Assembly (NCBI GenBank): GCA_963818475.1
Contig: CAWFSF010000006.1
Span: 288,001-352,000 of the forward strand
DNA: 64,000 bases
Direction of reading: 5' to 3'
Source: Nitrospirota bacterium
Lineage (GTDB): Bacteria; Nitrospirota; UBA9217
Position numbers and translations under genes: made by a program. Of this stretch, positions 21,420 through 32,646 are shown piece by piece (the first letter of the stretch is position 1; each line of letters starts with the position of its first letter). The notes under the pieces are model-generated. The model did no database searches. It was not told where the DNA came from and saw nothing but the letters and a program-made list of their open reading frames with translations.

Positions 21420-22925
21420 TGTCCGACTCCCCTGGTTGATATTGGTTGCCCATGGCTTGAACAGCATTCGAGTCCGCTCAGCACGGGCTTGGCAGTATCC
21501 AGAATGGTCTGCGGAAAAAGGCCGATCGTGATTATCGCGATGATCATGATCGCAAGCATTCCCGTCTCGCGAACTGAAAGATCGGGCAGCTTGCTATCTG
21601 CCTATGGTACCGTGGAACACGCGCTGCGCTATCCGGAGCGAGTAGACGACTGAAAGGACGAGGCCCAAAGCGCCGATGACGGTCAAGGCGATATTCACCG
21701 GGAAGGTGCCGAGCAGGACCAGGAACTCGCCGACGAAGTTGGCGGTGCCCGGCAGGCCGAGCGAAGCAAGCACGAACACCAGGCCCATGCTGCTGAGCCG
21801 AGGAGCGCTGGTCCAGAAACCGCCCATGCTCCCCAGCTCGCGCGTATGGATGCGCTCCTGGATCATGCCCACGAGCATGAACAGCGCGCCCGTGGTAACG
21901 CCATGCGCCACGATCTGCATGACCGCACCGGACAAGGCAGCCGTGGTTCCGGCGAAGATCCCGAGCAGCACGAATCCCATATGGCTTACGCTGGTGTAGG
22001 CCACGAGGCGCTTCAGGTCGGTCTGGGCAAAAGCAAGCACGGCCCCGTACAGAATACCCGCAACAGCAAGTCCCATGACCACTGGCGCAACCATTTGCAC
22101 GGCATCGGGGAAGAGCGGCAGCACAAAGCGCAGGAGCCCGTAAGCACCGGTCTTTAAGAGCAGCCCCGCCAGGATGACGCTTCCGGCCGTGGGAGCTTCG
22201 GTATGCGCATCAGGAAGCCAGGGATGGAACGGCAGCATCGGCAGTTTCACGGCAAAGGCAATGAAGAACCCGAGCATGAGCCAGAGGGAAGCAGACGGCG
22301 ACATGGCGGTTCCCAGCAGCAGCGGATAGTCGAAGGTGTAGAAGCCGGTGCTCTTGCCATGAATGAAGTAGAGCCCCAGGATGGAGAGCAGCATCAAAAG
22401 GCCGCCGGCCTGGGTAAAGATAAAGAACTTGTACGAGGCGTATACGCGGTTCTCGTGCCCCCAGATGTTGATCAGGAAGTACATGGGCACGAGCATCAGT
22501 TCCCAGAAGAAATAGAACAGGAACAGGTCGAGCGAGAGGAAAACACCGAGGATGCCAGCCAGGATAAAGAGCAGGTTCAAATGAAAGAACCCGACCCGGT
22601 CGCTGATCTCGGTCCAGGAGCAGAGTACGGCCAGAATGCCGAGAAATATCGTAAGGGACACGAGGATCAGGCTCAGCCCGTCCAAGGCCAGATGGAAGCT
22701 GATGCCGAGCTGCGGAATCCAGGCGCGCTGCATCTCGACCAGCCAGGAATCAGGCGTAAGGGACACCGCAGCAACGTGCTCGTTCCAGAGCAGCAGGACC
22801 AGTACCAGGTCAAACGTGAGCGCACTCAGCGCGATCCAGCGCGGCAGGTTGCTGTTCTTCCCGTCGGAAAGCCATGCTGCCAGTCCGCCCAGAAGCGGTA
22901 TGATGATGAGCAGGAGGAGGATCAT
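21416..22925 (-). CDS. nuoM: NADH-quinone oxidoreductase subunit M (3' frameshift)
   Basis: FFWELMLVP, VKLPMLPFHPWLPDAHTEAP, KRLVAYTSVSH, GLPGTANFVGEF. Confidence 0.93.
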
Positions 22926-22965
22926 GGTGTTTAGTGCTTTCCTCTCAGTATGGTACTTGTTGATT

Positions 22966-23008
22966 CTCATCCTCTCCCCAACGAGGGAGAGGACCGAGGT
23001 GAGGGGGG
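22966..23008. repeat. DUF559-associated palindrome (CCTCTCCC..GGGAGAGG..GGTGAGGGG)
   Basis: Hairpin motif, inverted relative to 23386-23430. Confidence 0.75.
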
Positions 23009-23010
23009 AA

Positions 23011-23361
23011 TCAGATTCCCTTTTCCATCTTTTCCAATATATCAGCCATAACTACTTCCGGCGATTTTAATACGTCATGGTTCCAGTAACGTAAAACACG
23101 GTAGCCCCGTTCTTTCAACCAGGCACTTCTTTTTTCATCATATTGAACTTGATCGGTGTGCTGGCCTCCATCGAGTTCGATGATCAAGCGTTGTTCTAAA
23201 CAGATAAAATCTACAATATAAGACCCGATCGGCTGCTGTCTCCGGAACTTAAATGCACCCAGTTGACGCATTCGCAGGTGTTTCCAAAGAAGCCGTTCCG
23301 CGTCGGTTGCTTTCCTGCGTAATTGCCTTGCGTTTGTGATACTGGTAGGACTGTGCTCCAT
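23011..23361 (-). CDS. DUF559 / Vsr-like endonuclease domain protein inserted between nuoL and nuoM
   Basis: ARQLRR..TDAE..LW..LR, FRRQ.PIG.YIVDF, IELDGGQH, GYRVLR.WN. Confidence 0.9.
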   Translation of the reverse strand: MEHSPTSITNARQLRRKATDAERLLWKHLRMRQLGAFKFRRQQPIGSYIVDFICLEQRLIIELDGGQHTDQVQYDEKRSAWLKERGYRVLRYWNHDVLKSPEVVMADILEKMEKGI

Positions 23362-23385
23362 TTATGGAGATCCTTCCCTTTTATC

Positions 23386-23430
23386 CCCCTCACCCTGGCC
23401 CCTCCCTCGAAGGGGAGAGGGAATAAGGGG
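23386..23430. repeat. DUF559-associated palindrome (CCCCTCACCC..CCCCTCCC..GGGGAGAGGG)
   Basis: Upstream boundary of the DUF559 cassette. Confidence 0.75.
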
Positions 23431-23437
23431 CTACATC

Positions 23438-25326
23438 CTACTGAAAGAGCAATATGAACCCCAAAAACACCACCACACCCACAGCGATCCCCATTGCATA
23501 CCATCGTATATTGCCGGTCTGTGTTCTGCTCAAGACACGGTGCAAGGCCGTATTCATGGTAACGATGCCGTCATATCCGCTATCAATGAAGTCATCCTTA
23601 TTGATCCTCGCGATCCAAAGAAAGGGTTTTACCAAAAGGGCATCATAGAGGGCATCAAATCCCCAGCCTGCGAACCAGAACCTGCGCAGCGCCTCAACCG
23701 GGCTGGCAGTTGCGAACTTATCAGCATAGGCCGGTTTGCGAACGTAGAGAACGTAAGCAAGCACGATACCTGAAACAGAGACTAATGAAGCCACGATCTG
23801 CAAGAGCAGTTCCATGTTTCCTGCTGCATGTATCTGGCGAAGCCGGGAATACCGCTGACATGAAATTCGAGAAGAGCGGCATATTGCCGAGCGTATCAGG
23901 AATTTCGATAAAACCTCCGATAATGGATAAAAGAGCGAGCACGATGAGCGGAGCGGTCATACGTCTCCCCGGTTTCATACTGAGCCCGATCTTTTCTTTT
24001 CCAAAGAAGGTGACAAATACCATCCTGAAGGTATAGAGCGAAGTAATGAACGCCCCCAAAAGGCCTGCCAGCCAGAGCCAGATGTTGCCTGTTGGCGACG
24101 ACCATGCTTGCCACAGGATCAGGTCCTTGCTGTAGAACCCTGCGGTCACGAGCGGCAACGCCGAGAGCGAGGCCGAGCCGATGAGGAATGTCCAGAACAC
24201 CAGCAGGAAGCCGCTTCCTGAGCCCGCCCATCTTGAACATGTCGTGTTCCTCGTGCTGGGCCAGGATGACGACACCTGCGCCAAGGAACAGCAGCGCTTT
24301 GAAGAACGCGTGGGTCATGAAGTGGAACATTGCTGCCGACCAGGCGCCAACGCCCAGGGCAAGGAACATGTAGCCGATCTGACTGATCGTTGAATAGGCA
24401 AGCACCCGTTTGATATCTTTCTGCGTCAGGGCGCTGAAACCTGCAAGCAGCAGCGTTGCTGCACCGATGACTGCTACGGCCGTCTGAACAGGAGGCGCGA
24501 GCAGAAACAGAACGTGGGTACGGGCAATGAGATACACGCCGGCGGTCACCATGGTGGCTGCATGGATGAGCGCGCTGACCGGCGTGGGGCCAGCCATGGC
24601 ATCGGGAAGCCAGGTCTGGAGCGGCAGCTGGGCGGATTTACCGACTGCTCCTCCCAGAAGCAGTGCCGCCGCAGCCATTGCCAGGGGAGAGCCGATCTGC
24701 CATTCAGCCGAGGCCCGCTGCATCAGTTCCTGAATATGGAGCGTTCCGAGGTTCGTGTACAAGAGGAACAGACCGATCGCCATGAAGGTATCGCCGATGC
24801 GCGTTACGATAAAGGCCTTGCGCGCAGCAGCGCCGTTCACGGGATCCTTGTACCAGAACCCGATCAGCAGATAACTGCAGAGGCCCACGCCTTCCCACCC
24901 GAGATACAGGAGCAGCAGGTTGTCAGCCAGTACGAGCGTCAGCATGGATCCGACAAAGAGGTTCATATAAGCGAAGAAACGGCTGTATCCTTCGTCGTTC
25001 TGCATGAATTCAGCAGAATAAAGATGAATGAGGAAGCCCACAAAGGTGATGACGAAAATCATGACGAGCGACAGCGCATCAAGAGAGAATGAAACGCTGG
25101 CCGAGAAACCGCCGACCTTCATCCAGGTCCAGAGCGTCTGTGTGAATGCAATGTCCTGAGACCCGATGAACTCGATCGCCATGATCATGGTCAGGAGAGC
25201 GGACATGCCGACTGAGCCCGCTCCGACGAGGGCGATTGTGGCCCGGGAGAGGCGACGGCCTGCCAGCGCCAGGATCAGGAATCCGGCAAAGGGCAGGGAA
25301 GGTATGAGGAAAAGATAATTAGACAT
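23438..25326 (-). CDS. nuoL: NADH-quinone oxidoreductase subunit L (two frameshifts)
   Basis: GWEGVGLCSYLLIGFW, GKSAQLPLQTWLPDAMAGPTPVSALIHAATMV, HAFFKALLFL. Confidence 0.94.
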
Positions 25327-25337
25327 ACGTTAGATTC

Positions 25338-25427
25338 ACCACAAGACAAGTTGAACCGCAGAGACGCCGAGACGCTGAGAAAATCCTAGCGATTATGCAT
25401 TTCTCTGTGTCTCCGTGCCTCCGTGGT
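25338..25427. repeat. ACCGCAGAGACGCCGAG..CTCCGTGCCTCCGTGGT inverted 8-mer array shell between nuoK and nuoL
   Basis: Tandem 8-mers in opposite orientation at the two ends. Confidence 0.65.
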
Positions 25428-25437
25428 AGATTAGCGT

Positions 25438-25749
25438 TCATCCTTTCATGCTGTTTGCAGCATCAGCATCCAGTGTCTTCAGGTTGTGGTACAGCTGGAT
25501 CACGAGCGCCAATCCGACCGAAACCTCTGCCGCAGCCATGGTCAGGATAAAGATGAACATGACCTGGCCGTCGGGCTGCCCCCAGCGGGCGCCTGCCACG
25601 ACGAAGGCGATGCCGACGGCATTCAGCATGATCTCGATGGACATGAGCATGAACACGATGTTGCGCCGGACCAGTACGCCGACAAAACCCAGCGCAAAGA
25701 TCACGGCTGCCAGGATAAGTCCGTGTTCCATGGGGACCGTTGCCATCAT
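25438..25749 (-). CDS. nuoK: NADH-quinone oxidoreductase subunit K
   Basis: [25 protein letters not shown]. Confidence 0.95.
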   Translation of the reverse strand: MMATVPMEHGLILAAVIFALGFVGVLVRRNIVFMLMSIEIMLNAVGIAFVVAGARWGQPDGQVMFIFILTMAAAEVSVGLALVIQLYHNLKTLDADAANSMKG

Positions 25750-26264
25750 GATCTGCCCTCTTCAACTTTTCCATGACGATGGGGCCTGCCGAGGTGGTAG
25801 GCGCCAACCAGTCCGCTCAGCAGAAGCATGGACGCCAGCTCAACGCCGATCACATAGGGGCCGAAGAGCGCGATGCCGATCTCCTTGGGCGATATTTCAG
25901 CGCCAACAGAGAGTCGTTCCTGGCCGGTCGCGAACAGGTAGATAAGCTCGGCAGCGAGGACGATGATAAGGAGGGACGGGCCGATCCATATACCCGGTGT
26001 CAAAAGCCGGGCTTCCTCTTTCGCCGCCTGTCCGCCGAGGTTCAGCATCATAATGACGAATATGAAAAGCACCATGATGGCGCCGGCGTAGATGATCACT
26101 TCGAGCGCAGCCACGAAGGGCGCGCCAAGGGCAAAGAAGATCAAAGCTACTGCCAGCAGCGATACAATCAGGTAGAGTAGGGCATGCACGGCATTCGTCC
26201 GGGTAATGACCAGGATGGTCGAGATGACTGCCACGAGGGCTGAGATGTAGAAAAGAAAGTTCAT
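25746..26264 (-). CDS. nuoJ: NADH-quinone oxidoreductase subunit J
   Basis: [23 protein letters not shown]. Confidence 0.93.
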   Translation of the reverse strand: MNFLFYISALVAVISTILVITRTNAVHALLYLIVSLLAVALIFFALGAPFVAALEVIIYAGAIMVLFIFVIMMLNLGGQAAKEEARLLTPGIWIGPSLLIIVLAAELIYLFATGQERLSVGAEISPKEIGIALFGPYVIGVELASMLLLSGLVGAYHLGRPHRHGKVEEGRS

Positions 26265-26277
26265 GAACACCTTTTTT

Positions 26278-26750
26278 GCCACGAAGGCACGAAGACACGA
26301 AGAACTTCTAAAAAAGTAAAAGCCGCTATACAACAATCCTTTTTATGCCGTGCTTAATAAGGGGGACATTAAAGTTAATGAGAAAACCTAAACGTTTATC
26401 GGTCAATTTTAAGTGACTAATTATCTGGGCTTCCCAGACAGGGTGCATTTCTTCCACTGCTTTTAGCTCGCAAATAGCCAGATTTTCGACAAGAACATCC
26501 AGTCGTAATCCTTCGTCGAATTTAAGTCCGTCGTATTCAATGGGGATGTCCACTTGTCTTTGGTTTTGTAATCCTCGTTTAGTCAACTCATGACAAAAAC
26601 AAATCTCATATACTTTTTCAAGCAAGCCCGGCCCTAGTGCTTTGTGGACAGTGTAAGCCGCATCAACGATTTTCTTGGCAATAACCTCTTCAGTTTCCGA
26701 CAAGTTAAGAGTGCTCATGACTCCCCTTCGTGTCTTCGTGCCTTCGTGGC
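26278..26750 (-). mobile_element. Putative GxxExxY cassette element bounded by inverted (CACGAAGG/CACGAAGA)x3 arrays
   Basis: GCCACGAAGGCACGAAGACACGAAG at the left end and its exact reverse complement at the right end; AT-rich interior. Confidence 0.7.
26326..26718 (-). CDS. GxxExxY protein (PD-(D/E)XK nuclease-like)
   Basis: VHKALGPGLLEKVY, RLDVLVE, ELKAVE, GFLINF. Confidence 0.92.
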   Translation of the reverse strand: MSTLNLSETEEVIAKKIVDAAYTVHKALGPGLLEKVYEICFCHELTKRGLQNQRQVDIPIEYDGLKFDEGLRLDVLVENLAICELKAVEEMHPVWEAQIISHLKLTDKRLGFLINFNVPLIKHGIKRIVV

Positions 26751-26759
26751 AAATTATGT

Positions 26760-27275
26760 TTAGGGTAGTAAGCTCCTTGTATCAACGGGCTTTTCTTCAT
26801 TCTCAGCTTCGCCCTTGTCCTTCCCCTTGATCGACAAGCCTGCGACACGGTAGAAATTATACTCATGGTACTTGCCGGGGCCGCTGATCAGCAGGTCTTC
26901 TTTCTCGTATACGAGGTTCTGCCGCTTATATTCACCCATCTCGAAATCGGTGGTGAGCTGTATGGCATTGGTCGGGCATGCTTCTTCGCAGTATCCGCAA
27001 AAGATGCAGCGCGAGAAGTTGATCCGGAAGAACTCGGGATACCGCCTTCCGTGCTCGTCCTCGGTCGACTGGAGCGAGATGCAGTCCACCGGGCAGGCCA
27101 CGGCGCACAAATAGCATGCGACGCAGCGTTCCTGGCCGTCGGGGTCGCGGGAGAGGATGATCCTGCCGCGCCACCGGGGAGGGATATAAGGCCGCTCCTC
27201 GGGGTACTGGATCGTCGCCCGCTTCCGGAACATGGTCATGAAGACCGTATAGATCGTTTTGAGAAGACTAATCAT
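26760..27275 (-). CDS. nuoI: NADH-quinone oxidoreductase subunit I
   Basis: Two CxxCxxCxxxCP motifs; RDPDGQERC. Confidence 0.96.
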   Translation of the reverse strand: MISLLKTIYTVFMTMFRKRATIQYPEERPYIPPRWRGRIILSRDPDGQERCVACYLCAVACPVDCISLQSTEDEHGRRYPEFFRINFSRCIFCGYCEEACPTNAIQLTTDFEMGEYKRQNLVYEKEDLLISGPGKYHEYNFYRVAGLSIKGKDKGEAENEEKPVDTRSLLP

Positions 27276-27283
27276 ATGAACCT

Positions 27284-27372
27284 TTTGACACTGAAGGACA
27301 CTGATCTCGTTATGATTAAAACATACGATCTAAAGACGTATCATAAAAAATCTGTGTTGATCAGTGTCTAAA
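27284..27372. repeat. TTTGACACTGAAGGACACTGAT..ATCAGTGTC shell between nuoH and nuoI
   Basis: Shares TTGACACTGAAGGACACTGAT with 32546. Confidence 0.75.
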
Positions 27373-27374
27373 TA

Positions 27375-28331
27375 TTATTTTGCCTTAAGCAGTATCCATG
27401 CACCCGTCACCACCAGATTCAGCAGCGACAACGGCAGCATCACCTTCCATCCGAACGACATCAGCTGATCATACCGCGGCCGGGGAAGCGACGCCCGGAG
27501 CAGGATGAAGAAGCAGATGAAGACAAAGGTCTTGATCAGGAACCAGACGATCGGCGGCAGGAACGGCCCCATCCAGCCGCCGAAGAACAGCGCCACCGTG
27601 ATCGCCGAGATGAGCGTGATGCCGAGATATTCACCCACAAAGAACATGCCGAACTTCAGCCCCGAGTATTCCGAATGGAAGCCTGCAACCAGTTCGCTCT
27701 CCGCCTCGGGAAGGTCAAAGGGCAGCCGGTGGGTCTCGGCGACGCCGGCGATGAAGAAGACCACGAAGCCGATGAACTGCGGCACGATGAACCAGCCGTC
27801 GCGCTGCGCCTCGACGATCACGCGCAGATTGAACGAGCCCGCCAGCATGACCACGCCCATGAGCGACAGACCCATGAAGACCTCATAGCTCAGCATCTGC
27901 GCAACCGAACGCAGCCCGCCCAGGAGCGCATATTTGCTGTCCGAAGCCCATCCTGCGAGCGCCACGCTGTACACACCGAGGGACGACATGGCGAGGAAGA
28001 ACAGCAGCCCGATGTTCAGGTCCACGACCTCGATGCCCGGCGCAAAGGGGATGACCGTGAAGGACATGAGCACGACGACCATGATCACGGCTGGAGCAAT
28101 GATGAACACCGGCTTGTCGGCAAAGGGCGGGACCCAGTCCTCTTTTGTCAGGATCTTCACCGTGTCCGCCAGCACCTGCAGCAGGCCGAAGGGCCCCACG
28201 CGGTTCGGGCCGTACCGGTCCTGCCAGAGCGCAAGGAGCCTGCGCTCAAGCCAGATGAGCATTGCGCCGATGGTCAGCACCACGAAGAGGATGCTGAAGA
28301 GGACCAGGATATGATAAAGCGCTTCATTCAT
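27375..28331 (-). CDS. nuoH: NADH-quinone oxidoreductase subunit H
   Basis: [44 protein letters not shown]. Confidence 0.96.
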   Translation of the reverse strand: MNEALYHILVLFSILFVVLTIGAMLIWLERRLLALWQDRYGPNRVGPFGLLQVLADTVKILTKEDWVPPFADKPVFIIAPAVIMVVVLMSFTVIPFAPGIEVVDLNIGLLFFLAMSSLGVYSVALAGWASDSKYALLGGLRSVAQMLSYEVFMGLSLMGVVMLAGSFNLRVIVEAQRDGWFIVPQFIGFVVFFIAGVAETHRLPFDLPEAESELVAGFHSEYSGLKFGMFFVGEYLGITLISAITVALFFGGWMGPFLPPIVWFLIKTFVFICFFILLRASLPRPRYDQLMSFGWKVMLPLSLLNLVVTGAWILLKAK

Positions 28332-31052
28332 TTGTTTGCCCGTTTGATTCCGATTTTACTCGCTCCCTGATACCCGGCGCATACATGCTGAGTTCTTCTG
28401 AACCAAAAATGCGATACATCGGAGAATCAGGCTTTTCGCCTTGCTTGGATAGATTGGCATCTGGAATGTTTTGGAAGTAGGTTATTTCCGCGACGGTCTC
28501 CCCCCTCACCCCAGCCCTCTCCCGCGAGGGGAGAGGGGAAACTTGTCCCTCTCTTGATGGGAGGGATGAAGGGAGGGTGAGAGGTTCGATCAAGCGAATT
28601 CCCGTATCGCCGCCTTTCAAGCATCACCGCCGATCTCCTCCTGGTACTTGTTCAGCGCCTGGACCGAGTTCCACCCTGGAGACCAGTAGCGCGAAATAAG
28701 CGGGGCAGGCGGTTGGCCTTCGTATCCTTCCATGGAAAAAGACAAGCGGGGAATCAGCATCGTCGGCTGGTTTGGGTTCATGTACGCTGATGTTCGCGAG
28801 CATGGACGTCCTGCCGCTGTACCGGTGCGGCTGACGCGGTATCTTCTGTCCCGATATCCGAAAGTCAGCTGTCGGTGCAATGTCCAGGACAGGCTTGAAA
28901 ACAGGCAAAGAGGAAGCCATCTCCTCAATAACATCATCCAATGATCGTTTGCCCTCTCCCCCGAGGGAGAGGGTTGGGTGAGGGGGGCTTTCCCGATTGC
29001 TTGCATTATATCATCGATCCACTTCCAGCTTTCCTGAATGTCATGGTTCGGATCGAATACCTTATAGAACCGCTGTGCCCTGCCTTCATTATTCACCAGC
29101 GTCCCATGTGCCTCGGCAAATGTCGCAGCAGGCAGGGTTACATCCGCTTTTGATGAGGTTGGGTTGATCAGGTGATCGATAACGATGACGTTCTTTGCAT
29201 GGGATCAATGCTTCATCGACGATCTTTGCATCAGCCCTGCGATAGAGATCATTTTCGAGGATGATCAGCGTATCTGCCTTGACTGTCCTGCATGGTTTTG
29301 AATGCAGCATCTATATTCTTACCCTTCATGAGAGCGAGTCCCATGGTATTGCATTCAAGAGCTCGTGTAGCAGAGGTCGGCCTGCTTGCCAATCGAGCAA
29401 AGAGCCCATGCAACATTGGCTGCTGCCTCGATAACAGCCTGGTTCATGCATCCGGTGCCGCTCACGATGACCGGCCGCTGTGCGTTCTTGAGCGCGGAGG
29501 CGATCTCGCGTGCGAGAGGCATTCTATCGGTGTCCCCCCTCACCTCGAGTCCTCTCCCCCGATGGGAGAGGAGGGAGAGTGTCAGGTGCATCGGGATCCA
29601 GTTCATGTGCCACGGCAAAACCGAGTCTTGCGATGTCATCGTGCGCAGCTAGATAGGTCTTTGTTGCCACATCATCCAGTTTCGTCTTTTCACAGGACGC
29701 TATATAGAGCGGTGTTCTGATGTTCTGTCCTGCGTTCCTGACAGCATTATCATCCCAGACAGGAATCTTCATGGCTGCCGCAGCCTCGCGTTGTTTGTTC
29801 TGTGCCGCCTGACGAAGCGCGAGGGCGAGCATCGGGGCCGTGTTGGTCACATCCTCGCCAAGTATCAAGACCGCATCTGCTGACTGAACGTCATGGAGCG
29901 ACGGTATCCTGGCAGGACCTCTTTGAAGGATATCGATTATGAGTTCTGTTAGCCGGTGCTCTTTATCAGATACCCCTGAATAGAAATTATCCGGTCCCAC
30001 AAGGGTGCGAAGTGCGAAGTTGGATTCCAGCGAGGCCCGGGGAGAACCGATGCCGATCACGCCTTTGCTTTGAGAAAGCATGTCGGCTATGCGTTTGAGG
30101 GCTGTTACTTTTTCAACGGGTTGCTGCTTCCCCTCACCCCGTCCCTCTCCCTCAGGAGAGAGTAGTGCCCCTCCTAGGGAGGGGGAGAGGGTGACGTTGC
30201 AACAAGAGGTTTTCTGATCCTTTTTCCGCTGTTCACGAACTCATAACCGAACCTGCCGCGGTCGCAGAGGAAATAGCCGTTTACCTCATGGTTGTATCGG
30301 TTCAATATCCTGCGCAGCGTGCCGTATCGTTCGCCCGGGATCGTGTTGCATCCGATGCCGCAGTGAACGCAGATGGACGGCGCTGTCTGAAGGTCCCACT
30401 TTCGGGTGTAATGCTGTTTGAGCGTCTTGTCTGTAAAAACACCGGTGGGACAGACCTCTACCAGGTTCCCGCTGAACTCGCTTTCGAGCGCGCCCTCTTC
30501 ATGCCTGCCGAAATAGACGTTGTCATGGGACCCGAACACGTTAAAGTCGCGGCCGCCTGCATAATTACGATAGAACCTGACGCAGCGGTAGCACTGGATG
30601 CAGCGGTTCATCTCATGATTGATGAAGGGGCCGAGGTCCTGGTTTCGGTGCGTCCGTTTTTTGAACCGCGTCCTGCGGTAATTATGGCCGGTCATGACCG
30701 TCATGTCCTGGAGGTGGCACTCGCCGCCTTCGTCGCAGACCGGACAGTCATGCGGATGGTTCAGCATGAGCCATTCGATCACGCTCGACCGGAAGGCCCG
30801 CGCATCAGGATCGTCAATGGACAAACGCATGCCTTCCGCCACCGGGGTCATGCAGGACATGGTGATCCTGCCGCGCGTATCCTTGTCGTCTTTGAACACC
30901 TTGACCGCGCATTGACGGCATGCGCCCACGGAGTGCAGGGCAGGGTGCCAGCAGAAGTAGGGAAGGTCGAACCCCAGCGAGAGGCAGGCCTGGAGGAGGT
31001 TCTGGCCTTCTTTTACCTGATGGGGTTTATTGTCGATGTAGATCGTAAACAT
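28324..31052 (-). CDS. nuoG: NADH-quinone oxidoreductase subunit G (several frameshifts; four internal palindromes)
   Basis: [58 protein letters not shown]-terminal IFGSEELS. Confidence 0.9.
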
Positions 31053-31072
31053 ACAAAACCTTTTACAGAATA

Positions 31073-31253
31073 TTTGACACGGATTTTCACGGATTTAAAC
31101 GCCGATAAGGGCGGATAAATGCAGAATCAAGCTGATTTGTTAAAAGACACGGCGAACTATTTTAAGTTTTTCTCCGAAATTGAGCGTTGTTTCAGCATGT
31201 ATCAAGTTGCTATCAGCCGTGATCATAATTAAATCCGCTCCTTCCGTGTCAAA
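31073..31253 (-). mobile_element. Internally deleted GxxExxY-type element with 28-aa remnant ORF (31140-31226)
   Basis: TTTGACACGGA..TCCGTGTCAAA terminal inverted repeats; remnant MITADSNLIHAETT-LNFGEKLKIVRRVF. Confidence 0.65.
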
Positions 31254-32529
31254 GGATTTTCTCCCACGGGCATTTCTTCTCCCGTATATGCCTCTCAAAA
31301 TCTTCCCGGAAATACTTGATCGCGCTCTGAAGCGGCTCCACCGCGCCCGGCGCGAGCGCGCAGTAGGTGTTCCCGGGGCCGAGCAGCTTGCACTGCTGCG
31401 CAAGGATATCGATGTCTCCGGGTTCTCCCTCGCCGTTCTCGATCGCATGGAGCATTTTCTCGATCCACGGCAGGCCCTCGCGGCAGGGCGTGCACCAGCC
31501 GCAGGATTCGCGGCGGAAGAAAGTCTCAAGGTTATGCACAAAGCCGACGGGGCAGGTCTTGTCATCAAGCACGATCATGGTGCCGGTGCCCATGCGGCTG
31601 CCGGCCTTCATGACCGAGTCAAAGTCCATCTTCACGTCCAGATGTTCGGCAACCAGAAAATCGGTCGACGCGCCGCCGGGGATCACGCCGCGAAATTGAT
31701 AGCCATCCTGCATCCCGCCGGCATGTTCTTCCAGAAGTTCCCGGACCGTGACTCCTATGGGAAGTTCCCAGATTCCGGGTTTTTTCACCCTGCCGCTGAC
31801 GCCGTACAGCTTGGTGCCGGCGTCGGGACCCTTGCTCAATCCCTTGAACCAGTCCGGCCCGTTCTGAACAATATGCGGAATGTTCGCAATGGTCTCGGCA
31901 TTGTTCACGATCGTCGGCCTTCCCCAGAGGCCGCAGACCTGCGGGAAGGGCGGTTTGGAGCGCGGCGTGGCGCGCTTTCCTTCGAGGGCGTTCAAGAGCG
32001 CTGTTTCCTCGCCGCAGATGTAGCGGCCGGCGCTGGAATGGATGCGAAGGTCGAGGTCGAATCCGGAACCAAAGATGTTCTTTCCGAGATACCCTGCTGC
32101 ATAGGCTTCTGCAATTGCTGTCCCCAGCCTCTTCTCGGCAAGCTTGTATGCCCAGCGGAGAAAGATATAAGACTGTTCCGCCTGAATGGCATAGGCGCTG
32201 ACGATCACGCCTTCCACGATCTGGTGCGGATCACCTTCGAGCAGCATGCGGTCCTTGAACGTGCCGGGCTCCATCTCGTCGGCGTTCACCACGAGATATT
32301 TGATCTTCGGCGCGTTGTCGCCCATGGGCACAAAGCTCCACTTGGCGCCTGTGGGGAAGCCTGCACCACCGCGGCCGCGCAGGTTCGAGGCCTTGACCAT
32401 GTCCTGCACCTGCTGGGGCGTCATGGTAAGCGCTTTGCGCGCAGCTTCATAGCCGCCCGCTTTCTCGTAGTCTTTCAGCGAGAGCGGTTCCTGGTTGGGG
32501 CGGATGTTATTGGTGAGCGGTCGTTCCAT
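31249..32529 (-). CDS. nuoF: NADH-quinone oxidoreductase subunit F
   Basis: LRGRGGAGFPTG, NADEMEPGTFKD, GRYICGEETAL, ESCGWCTPCREG. Confidence 0.96.
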   Translation of the reverse strand: MERPLTNNIRPNQEPLSLKDYEKAGGYEAARKALTMTPQQVQDMVKASNLRGRGGAGFPTGAKWSFVPMGDNAPKIKYLVVNADEMEPGTFKDRMLLEGDPHQIVEGVIVSAYAIQAEQSYIFLRWAYKLAEKRLGTAIAEAYAAGYLGKNIFGSGFDLDLRIHSSAGRYICGEETALLNALEGKRATPRSKPPFPQVCGLWGRPTIVNNAETIANIPHIVQNGPDWFKGLSKGPDAGTKLYGVSGRVKKPGIWELPIGVTVRELLEEHAGGMQDGYQFRGVIPGGASTDFLVAEHLDVKMDFDSVMKAGSRMGTGTMIVLDDKTCPVGFVHNLETFFRRESCGWCTPCREGLPWIEKMLHAIENGEGEPGDIDILAQQCKLLGPGNTYCALAPGAVEPLQSAIKYFREDFERHIREKKCPWEKIL

Positions 32530-32545
32530 AGTAAACCTTAAATCA

Positions 32546-32643
32546 TTGACACTGAAGGACACTGATTGCTTATGATCCACATTGATAAGGACACGGCTAA
32601 AATTGATTTATCATAGCCTTTGTCAGTGTAAATCCGTGTCAAA
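32546..32643. repeat. TTGACACTGA..CCGTGTCAA shell between nuoE and nuoF
   Basis: Same terminal family as 27284 and 9835. Confidence 0.75.
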
Positions 32644-32646
32644 AGT

